DNA of 64,000 nt, taken from assembly GCA_000004985.1 (NCBI GenBank), contig GG738855.1; one strand, given 5' to 3'. The position numbers and the translations under genes were made by a program. The notes beneath the pieces are model-generated. The model made no database searches. It was not told where the DNA came from and worked only from the letters and a program-made list of their open reading frames with translations. Position 1 is the first letter of the stretch, and each line of letters starts with the position of its first letter. The DNA comes from Naegleria gruberi (taxonomy: Eukaryota). This document shows positions 43,143 to 51,928 of this stretch, in pieces.

Positions 43143-43928
43143 TTATTCATGTCTTGGTGGTTTTTCCACCACTTTGATTTTTGTAATTTGAATATGATCT
43201 TCCAATGGATAAATATTTTCACATTTGGTTCTAATTTCTGCACCCATTCCACATTTGATTGCCATTTGCTCAACAAATTCCAGAATGTTCATCTTACTAA
43301 TATGTTTGGTTAATACTTGAGCCATGACAGTCCTAATCTTATGAATTTGCGACTTACTGGCATAGGATGTCTTTTTCAATTGCAATTCTGTCATTCTCGT
43401 GCTCACAATCATGGCTATTCTAATCTTGTAACCATCCAAACTCTTAAATTCCTGATTAAGAGTTATGGTTGAGCGACCTTTTCCTATCAATGATGCCAAT
43501 TTATCTTGACTCAATCTAAAACCATTAAACTCTGTTTCTGCATGTTTTCGAAGAGCAACATTATTGATCTTCAATTTTACAATATTATGATTCAATTCTT
43601 CCTTCAAAGATGGAATAATATCAGGAGCTGAAACTTCCACTGTTCGATCAAGAATTTTTTCAAACGTTGGAGTTTGATCCACTTTTTTCTTCACTTTTTT
43701 CTTCAATTTTTTCTGCAAGGCGATAGTGTGTTCTGATTTTGTAATGGGTGTCATTAAAGGAGGATAATCTCCCTCAGTATTGGTGACAGTAGCATATTCA
43801 TTGGTATCTGATTTTTCATAGCTCAGGTATGGTGATTCTATTAGAAAGAATTCTTTTCTATCTTGAAAATATTTTGGCAGACGGTACCTTCTTGGTAACA
43901 TACGTTTGTTCCTTCCGAGTCCTCCCAT
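43143..43928 (-). CDS. Highly divergent ribosomal protein eS1 (S3Ae/RPS3A) family member (262 aa)
   Basis: Collinear, weak but patterned similarity to eS1: MGGLGRNKRM N-terminus (compare MAVGKNKRL), LDGYKIRIAMIVST (compare TDGYLLRLFCVGFT), KTSYASKSQIHKIRTVM (compare KTSYAQHQQVRQIRKKM), ENIYPLED (compare QSIYPLHD). Same length as eS1 (~260 aa). Confidence 0.5.
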   Translation of the reverse strand: MGGLGRNKRMLPRRYRLPKYFQDRKEFFLIESPYLSYEKSDTNEYATVTNTEGDYPPLMTPITKSEHTIALQKKLKKKVKKKVDQTPTFEKILDRTVEVSAPDIIPSLKEELNHNIVKLKINNVALRKHAETEFNGFRLSQDKLASLIGKGRSTITLNQEFKSLDGYKIRIAMIVSTRMTELQLKKTSYASKSQIHKIRTVMAQVLTKHISKMNILEFVEQMAIKCGMGAEIRTKCENIYPLEDHIQITKIKVVEKPPRHE

Positions 43929-44154
43929 TTTTTTGCATGAAATTGAAATATTTATTGAAAATGGATTGATGGCTATTGTTAGTAATTTCACAATTCTGAG
44001 ATTGAAATTCCAAAAAATCTACAAGATTTATTACAAAAAAATGAAATTATAACAATTTTAGCAGGTGATGTGAATAATATGTAATTATTAGTTAATTGTT
44101 TAAATTATTTAATTTTTAAATAATTGGGATTTTTGAATTTTTATTTAAAAAAAA

Positions 44155-45399
44155 ATGATTGAAAACGTTCATTCTCTCGGTTGGCTACTCAAACACAACA
44201 CTCCATTACTGAGTAAAATTTTACTATTTTGCGACTGCAAGACAGTGCTCCACTCAATTCCGTACGTTTGTAAGAGTTGGGCCAATTTAATGTATAATTG
44301 TTTTCCATCGGTTGTGGATTCAATGCACTTGGATTCCGTAGTGGAAAATTCCATCATGATGATGATGACGGATGAAAGTCTTAGTGCCAGTAATCATCAC
44401 CATCAAAAGAATTCTACTACTGATGATGACGATGAAGAAATTAAAAACATTTGGGAACTCCTCTTCTATAGAGATTGTACAACTTGTAGAGGAAAACAGA
44501 ATAGTTTTTGTTCCTTGTTGGAGAAAATTGAATTTAATCAAGTTTTTATTCCCGATGATTATGCTGATGGACATAGGGAGAGGAAGTGTTTTGAAAATTT
44601 GTATAAACACTTGATGAGGGATTGGGTTCTCGAGAATGCCATTAAGCCAAACGATGCACTCAGATCAGTAGCTGCCAATTATTCGGAAATTATTTCAATG
44701 AAGGATAGAGTTTCTCTCTTCCGAGAATTTATTGCAGAACAAGAGGAATATGCAACATTGGATAAACATCTCAAAATTAATGAAGGAGACATTGAAAATC
44801 TCACAAGGGATCTATCTCTTATAGAAGATACTTTTAAATTTACCAAGTTTGTCCAATGTATTGAAGTTGAGGATGAAGACGAGACCATTGTAGAGGATGT
44901 TATTGAGAGGAGGAGTATGCAAGTTGAAGGAAGCTTTTTAAACTGGAATGGAGATATTGTACACATGACTTTCGTATTGGATTTTCCATATAGTGAATTT
45001 AATCCAGAGGCAGATGTGGACATGGATGTATTTTTCAATCTTGGTGACATGATATCATTGGCAGCAGGAGAAGTTAATTTACCAGATTTAAATGTAATTC
45101 TAGGAAAGGACATTGGAGCTGCCTATCCATGGATTTTGGACACTAGTGGTTGTAAAGTTGAGAGCGAGGAAGACATGTTGCATGTCTTGTTGAATAACTA
45201 TTTAATTACCATTCTAATTGGCGCCATTTCAATGCAAGTCATACCAATTAAGGAGTATAATGATTTAACATTTTCAAGAACTGATGACTTGCTATACTTT
45301 TTAAAGTTTGGCACAATAGACATTATGAGTGATTGTATACCTGAAGTGAAACCTCAAGTTGGCACTAATGATTTGATGGATGATTCCTTGAATGATTAG
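44155..45399 (+). CDS. F-box-like domain protein (hypothetical)
   Basis: N-terminal LLSKILLFCDCKTVLHSIPYVCKSWANLM resembles an F-box. 414 aa. Confidence 0.45.
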   Translation: MIENVHSLGWLLKHNTPLLSKILLFCDCKTVLHSIPYVCKSWANLMYNCFPSVVDSMHLDSVVENSIMMMMTDESLSASNHHHQKNSTTDDDDEEIKNIWELLFYRDCTTCRGKQNSFCSLLEKIEFNQVFIPDDYADGHRERKCFENLYKHLMRDWVLENAIKPNDALRSVAANYSEIISMKDRVSLFREFIAEQEEYATLDKHLKINEGDIENLTRDLSLIEDTFKFTKFVQCIEVEDEDETIVEDVIERRSMQVEGSFLNWNGDIVHMTFVLDFPYSEFNPEADVDMDVFFNLGDMISLAAGEVNLPDLNVILGKDIGAAYPWILDTSGCKVESEEDMLHVLLNNYLITILIGAISMQVIPIKEYNDLTFSRTDDLLYFLKFGTIDIMSDCIPEVKPQVGTNDLMDDSLND

Positions 45400-45599
45400 T
45401 TACTGGTTCAATTCAATTATTAAGATTTACCTTAATAATCAGGAGGAGTTGGTATATTTTAATTGTTCTAATCAAGTTTCGATATGATTACTTTGGATAG
45501 AATGATAAATTTCAAAATGTAATATTTCCATTCCTGGTAAATAATCAAGTCGATTATAACAGCCAAGCAACAGATAAATAACATTTCCAAATCAAAAAA

Positions 45600-46697
45600 A
45601 TGATTGGACAAGCTATCAATTTGACGAATTTATTGGCAGTTGTTGCTGTGGTTTCTTTCGGTTTCCTCTATTCAGAATTTACTGTATCCACATTGAAATA
45701 TGTAACAACCAACAGCTTGAACTATGTATTTGCCTTTCTTCCTCGTGGACAATTCTCCTCCATTGAAAATAGCATCCTTTCTAATGTTCGTTCAATGAAA
45801 TCCATTGCTGAAATCTCTTCCAAGTATGATACTCAATTCGTCCCTTCACAATATACCTTCTCCGTTTGGGCACTCATTTACTTTTCCTTGTCCTTGTTTG
45901 GAATTCTATCCTTACTAACCAATAAGGAAGAAAAGGAAAGGATTGGTCGAAACATTGGCCCATTATTCTTTGTAACAAATTTATTGAATATTGCCTGGAT
46001 GGTTTCATTCAGTTTGGAATATATTTTCCTTTCACACTTGATCATTGTTGGATTGTGGTGGACCTTATTCACACTCTATGCTCGAATCATTGATGTGAGA
46101 TATGGATATACAGTGAGCAAGTATCCTCTCTGGGTCAAATTACCATTCTCAATCTATCTTGCCTGGATATCATGTGCAGCAGTTGCCTCCACAATGATGG
46201 TTCTCAAACACGATATTATGAAACCATTCATTGATTCATTTTCTAATACTGCTGAAAAGGAAAAGATGTTTGTTTATAATTTGGATTTCACCAGTCCAGT
46301 TCTTGCTGTTGTTTCCTTGGTTGGAGTATTGTCAAACATGTTGGATGAGCAACAGTGGGTTGCTGCATTTGTTACCCTTACCTCTGTTATTGGATTATGG
46401 TTCTCAAAGTTTAAGAGAGATTCATTATTCGTGTTGGTTTTGCTTTGGTCATTGGCAGGAATTGTCTTGAAGAATTGGTACAATCCAGATCCACTTGTAA
46501 GGATCGTCTCTCAAGTGAACATGGTCATTATGTTCTTTGAGTTTTTATTCTCATTGTATCATGTGTTGACTCAACCTGGACAAAGATTAATGATGGAACC
46601 AAGTATCATTGAAAAGAGAGATGTTGTTAGTAGCGGTGGTGGTGTATTGGAAATTGACTTTAAGGGAAATCAAAAAGGAAATAAGAAAAGGAAATAA
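45600..46697 (+). CDS. Polytopic membrane protein with TspO/MBR-like motifs, roughly double TspO length
   Basis: VPSQYTFSVWALIYFSL (compare TspO P..W.F..VW..LY), LLNIAWMVSF, and PFSIYLAWISCAAV (compare TspO YPYLAWL). About 10 hydrophobic helices. Confidence 0.35.
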   Translation: MIGQAINLTNLLAVVAVVSFGFLYSEFTVSTLKYVTTNSLNYVFAFLPRGQFSSIENSILSNVRSMKSIAEISSKYDTQFVPSQYTFSVWALIYFSLSLFGILSLLTNKEEKERIGRNIGPLFFVTNLLNIAWMVSFSLEYIFLSHLIIVGLWWTLFTLYARIIDVRYGYTVSKYPLWVKLPFSIYLAWISCAAVASTMMVLKHDIMKPFIDSFSNTAEKEKMFVYNLDFTSPVLAVVSLVGVLSNMLDEQQWVAAFVTLTSVIGLWFSKFKRDSLFVLVLLWSLAGIVLKNWYNPDPLVRIVSQVNMVIMFFEFLFSLYHVLTQPGQRLMMEPSIIEKRDVVSSGGGVLEIDFKGNQKGNKKRK

Positions 46698-46713
46698 TTT
46701 AATAAAGGTAGGA

Positions 46714-48501
46714 TTACAGTTCAAAGGTGGTAATTAAAGGTTTGTGGTGTTGGGATTCGGTGCTAGTATTTGTTTCCAACAATTGGAAGTCCAATGTTTT
46801 AACACAAGGGGAAATGAAGACATAGTCGAGGGTAGAAGATTCTTTGGTTTCTTGATCAACAAAGGTTGGTTCAAAGGCAACATTATGATACCATGTTCCT
46901 GAATATGATTCAGATTCACTGGATTCATCTTCATCATTATCTTCATCGTGATGATCTTCAGAGGAGGCAGTCGATTGGCGAGAGTCTGTCTTTTCAAAGA
47001 CCATCAAGGAAGCAGATAATTGTTTTTGACATGGAATAATTAAGCTTTCTCTATCGTATGGTGTTGGGAAATCATCAGAGTCAGAGTCACTATCAATAGG
47101 TTTAGTTTGGTCATCATTATTGTGAGCACCAAGGTCAGTTCCAGTAACCAGAATACTCAGAGCATTTGATTTTGGTAAACTGTTAAAATTACCAACAGTA
47201 ATGGTTGGTGTAATTGTTGTCTTGTTTGTAATTGAATTGTAATTTGACATTTTACCAACAATTTCTTGTCTCATAGAATGAGCAGCATATCTTCTAGCTT
47301 CCACTCCTTGATCCCAATGAGTGTTAAAAACAATAAAGTCCTTGTACTCTTCCTCTGCCTCCTCATCATATGGTTTAAAAACAAAGGCTGCCCAATTACA
47401 GAAACGAGGCACAAGTGAGTCCCAGGATTTAGTACCTGCTTCCTTGTGGTTCTTACTAAACCAATAGACGCCACAATCTACACACTTCAATCTTTCGGAA
47501 TTATAAATTATTGGCAAGTATTCAGTGACAAAGTCATCAGGATCCCTATCTTCGGTTTCTCTATTTCTGACTTCATTCTGTAAAAATCTTGTTATTATAC
47601 TGGTGGTGGAGGTAGATTGAATCATTGGTGTATCTTCGTCTCTTTCCTCACTACTTTCTATAGTTTCGTCAAGTTTACTTGGTTCATAACTATTCTTGTG
47701 TCCACAACAGAACCATTTATAAACTGGTGGCTCATTATCCTCGCTGTCAGTCATGGTTTCTTCATGCTTCATTTCCAAGTGTTCTTCAGCCTTTTTCAAG
47801 CATTTCAATGATTTAATTAATTGTCCATAATTGACATCTTGCAACAAGATTAAATCAGGTGCTTGTTCACCAATCTGTTGAATGGTTGACTTGTTATTAT
47901 CATCATCTTCATCAATGTTTTCTCCTTCAACACTTGATGCACTCCATGAAGCAACAGTAAGCTTTTTCTTTGATGTCTTCCTACTACTCGTTGCCTTTTC
48001 GAATTGTTCATCAAATTGTGCATCAATCAATGATGAAGACATGTGATGATGATGTGAAGAATGTGATTTTTCTAAAATTTCCAACTTGACTTCATGACGT
48101 TCATCCACAACAATAACATTATTAATTGGTGATGATGCTGGAGAAAAGTCTTGCTCATCAACCCATCTCGATGTCACGGCAGACCTTCTTGTATAGAGGG
48201 AGGTATCTGCATTACCTGATGATAATATTGGAATACTATTGGAGGATGAGGAAATAGCAACATTGTTGAGGAGAGAATTTGTTTGTTGTTGTGGTTGTTG
48301 ATCATCAACATTCCGAATAAGATTAAAATTCATCATATTACCGTTATTTTCCAATGGAGAATCGTGTTGTTGCTCCAAAATTGATGATGAGTGAGCTGAA
48401 TCGGTACTGCTCAAACTAGTTGTGCTCTGTGATAAATTCGACTTGTCCTTGCTTGCCTTTCTGCGGTTCTTTTTATTCTTACTGTTCCTCTTTCTGGCCA
48501 T
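46714..48501 (-). CDS. Endonuclease/exonuclease/phosphatase (EEP) family-like protein with a basic N-terminus and acidic low-complexity regions
   Basis: EEP-like motifs LILLQDVN, FIVFNTHWD, VGNFNS, LDYVFIS. The N-terminus MARKRNSKNKKNRRK looks like an NLS. Confidence 0.45.
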   Translation of the reverse strand: MARKRNSKNKKNRRKASKDKSNLSQSTTSLSSTDSAHSSSILEQQHDSPLENNGNMMNFNLIRNVDDQQPQQQTNSLLNNVAISSSSNSIPILSSGNADTSLYTRRSAVTSRWVDEQDFSPASSPINNVIVVDERHEVKLEILEKSHSSHHHHMSSSLIDAQFDEQFEKATSSRKTSKKKLTVASWSASSVEGENIDEDDDNNKSTIQQIGEQAPDLILLQDVNYGQLIKSLKCLKKAEEHLEMKHEETMTDSEDNEPPVYKWFCCGHKNSYEPSKLDETIESSEERDEDTPMIQSTSTTSIITRFLQNEVRNRETEDRDPDDFVTEYLPIIYNSERLKCVDCGVYWFSKNHKEAGTKSWDSLVPRFCNWAAFVFKPYDEEAEEEYKDFIVFNTHWDQGVEARRYAAHSMRQEIVGKMSNYNSITNKTTITPTITVGNFNSLPKSNALSILVTGTDLGAHNNDDQTKPIDSDSDSDDFPTPYDRESLIIPCQKQLSASLMVFEKTDSRQSTASSEDHHDEDNDEDESSESESYSGTWYHNVAFEPTFVDQETKESSTLDYVFISPCVKTLDFQLLETNTSTESQHHKPLITTFEL

Positions 48502-48754
48502 TTTTTTAATTGTTGTCTTATCTGCATAGAGAATTTAATAATTGATGTGATGATGGGCGAATCATTATTACCGGTTGAGTTGTTATTCAGCCGAGAGTAG
48601 ATAGCATGTAAATAATATCTTTGTAAATATTGTAACAATATAGTGGTATTGGTGTGAAGGATTAAAAACAAATTTCATGGTTAATTTTGTTGCAACAAAC
48701 AATTCTTGTTCCCGCCAAGTTTTGGTGGCCATTTCCAAAAAATTCTAGAAAAAA

Positions 48755-51700
48755 ATGTCTACAAACCCATCACGTAGATCAAACTTTCATTCTAGAGGCT
48801 CCATCTCGAGCAGCAGCCCAACACTAGATGAATTTACTATCGGTAGGTGTTATCAACACTAGTTGATGGGCTAATATCATATTATTCTTATGTAATATTT
48901 TCAACATTTATTATGTGGAACAAATATTTGTGTGGATTAATAATAACAATAATAGAAAATTATAAAAGAAAGATCAAGGAGCAAGAATCGGAAATAAGTG
49001 ATCTCCAAAAGGAACTCCATAATTTTCGTATGAAGGAAAGTGATTTTATGTTTAATTCTTTGTTGATGAAGTTTTCATCAGAAAAGAAGAGGAAGAGAGA
49101 TGAGTTCGATGAAGATTCTTGCAATGACACCAGTCAAAGTGTAGCAAAAGCCGAGCAACAAAACACCCACCAAAGCACTCATCTTGCAAATGGAAAACCA
49201 CAAATCACTTTGGAAGAACACGAAAAAAAGATTTCCGAATATACTGCTCAAGTAGAAAACCTAGAGAAGGAAAATTCCGATTGGAAAACCCAAATAACCT
49301 CCTTGAAGGAATTACATGGAAAATTAGAACATCAATTCAATCAGCTTACAGAACAATTAGAAAAGTCTCTCACTGAAAACAAAAGAATTACTGAGGTTTG
49401 TGCTCAAAACGAACAAGCTGTCAAGAAGGCAGAAAGTGAAATCGAATCTTTAAGAAATGAGTTGAAACAAAAAGAAAATATCCTAAACCAATCTAATCAA
49501 GAGTTGGAAACCAGAAAGAATGAGTTGGAAAATGTGAAGAAAGAGTTAGATAGTGTAAAGAGCGAGATGGAATCACAAATCAAACAATTGACCACTCAGC
49601 TCGAACAAAATCGACAACCTGTAACTCAAATTGCTAACAATGACGAGAAGGAAAAGGAGCTCACTCAACAAGTTAAGAATCTTGAGGAAGTTAATTCTAA
49701 ACTTCAACAAGAAATTGTCAGTCTCAACAAGGAAAAGGCCTCATTGGAGCAATTAAATGTTACTCTCAACAGTGATTTGATTAATTCACATGAACAAGAA
49801 AAGGAAAGAGCCAAGAAGGTCAATGAGCTGGAATCGACATTGTCCCTACTTGATGATGACAAGAAGAGACTCGAACTTCTCATCAAGGAAAATGAAACAC
49901 TCTCCGAGGAACGTGTTCGTACTGCTTTGAATGAATCCGAGAGTAAGGATGCTCGTATCACAGAGTTGGAACAACAAAAACAAGATCTCACTACTCATGT
50001 GGAAGAGTTAAAGACTAAAATCAGTGATATTACCAATAACCAATCCAATTATGATCAACAACTTGTGTCTGAAATTGAAAATCAAAAACAATTAATCACA
50101 CAAAAAACACAAGAATTGGAAGAGAGAAATGCTAAAATTGTGGAATTGGATAGCCATGTCCAAAAATTACAACAAGACCTCTCTAATGAAAAGGAACAAA
50201 GCACTAAGAGTATGAATGAAATCACATCACAAATTGAAGCACTCAAATCAGAATTATCTGCAGCCACTGAGAGTCATGCTATAGTTTTGAATGAAAAGAC
50301 CACACTCCAGAATGATATTCAAATTCTTGAAAATGATAAGAATCAATTAAGTATCCAACTTAAAGAAATTCAAGGACACCACGAAAGCCTTCAAGCTTCT
50401 ATTTTGGAAAATGAAAAACAAAAACAAGGTTTGCAAACATCTCTATCAGAATACGAAATCAAAATCGCTCAAAACTCTGAACAAATTAACTTGTTACAGG
50501 CACAAATCGAAAGTCTCAAACAAGTTGAAACACAACTCCAAAACTTGAAATCTGAAAATGAACAATTACAACAACAAGCCACCTCTTATACCGAGTTATT
50601 AAAGAAGAGAGAGGGCGAACTTACCAATCAACAAGAAAAAGAACAACAATTGTTACACCAAAAGGAAGAGGAGATTAAAAGTATTCAAACCAAATATCAA
50701 GAAAGTATCAAAAAGAGAGATGTCAAATTGAATAACATGGAAAGCGAAATCCAAGAATTGAAGAAAGCCTTGGAATCTGCCACCTCTGAAAAGAATCTTC
50801 TTAATACAACTATTGAACAACAAAAGAAGACATTTGAAGACAAACTTGACGATATTAATACACGACACCAAGAAGAAAAGAAGAATCAAGAAAAGCTAGC
50901 AGCATCTCTTACAGAAACATTGAACGAAAAGAATACTTTGGTGGAAAAACTCAAGAGTGAAAAGAATGCCCTAGTTGAAGAAAGATCTCAATTGAAAGCT
51001 AAAGAGGAACTTTTACAAACAACCATTGAACGCTATCGTGCCGAAACAGAGGTGGAATCCAATAATAATAAGAAGAAGGGTGTTAAGCGTGATTCTCAAG
51101 ATGATACTGCACCAACATCTTCCTCAACAATGGACCCTCCAAAGAAGAAGGTAAAGAATGACACACCTGCTAAGAAAGAATTCAAAGTTATATTTTCTGG
51201 TTTTAATGACAAGATTGCCAAGTATACTAATGCTTTCAAGAAGACTTTGGAGGATTATGTTAAGGAATTAGGAGGAGTTATTGTTGACGATGTAGATATG
51301 GGAGCAACACATGTTGTAGCACCACCTGGTGTCAGAAGTAAGTACTATTGATTACCTAAATTATTAACAAGTGTCAGCAATCAAGGTTCTCCAGGCAGCA
51401 GTTGCACACATTTGGATCATGAATCCTGAATGGCTTGAGGAATGTAAGAAACATTCCAAGCTTGTTGGTATGTTGTTGTAAACATTTAAATTCTAATTTT
51501 TCCAAGACGAATCTTCTTTTGGTAAACTGAGAGAGGAAGAATTATTTAAGGGAAAGAATGTCGGTTTTACTGACGCATTTAAAAAGGAATGTGATAATTC
51601 AAAGTATAAGGCTCAAAAAAGAATGACCAATGCCAAAACTCTTGTGGAAGGAGGGTCAGGAGCTGTTACTGAAATGGAAGAAGCTGAATTGATTTTAGTG

Positions 51701-51790
51701 TCTGCTGAGGAAAGTCTTTCTGCAAACGGTAAAACAAAGAGAGTTTTTACTTGGGAAGGATTCCTTGATTACATTTTCCCAAAGAATTAA
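48755..51790 (+). CDS. Long coiled-coil protein with a C-terminal BRCT domain, 4 exons: 48755..48842, 48956..51337, 51372..51467, 51507..51790
   Basis: ~800 aa of continuous heptad coiled coil. The BRCT fold is split by two micro-introns (34 and 39 nt): FKVIFSGF…GATHVVAPPGVR | MSAIKVLQAAVAHIWIMNPEWLEECKKHSKLV | DESSFGK…. The first exon (MSTNPSRRS…) joins via a 113-nt GTAGGT...AATAG intron. Confidence 0.7.
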
Positions 51791-51928
51791 TATTTTTCTA
51801 GCTTGTAAATAAATAATTTATTTTGATTCCTCCTTAATAATTTCACATCACAAAAAGTACTTGGGTATCCTTATCAACAATACTTGTTTTTTTAATGGTT
51901 TGTTGATGAAAATATTCAAACTGTTGGC

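Noticed and set aside
51352-51790. Taking the BRCT-gene stop at 51351 (as in the ORF track) as the true end of the coiled-coil protein
   Set aside because: That end would truncate the BRCT fold after its first half. Two tiny GT…AG introns restore the second half (KVLQAAVAHIWIMNPEWLEEC…) in frame, so the spliced model is preferred.
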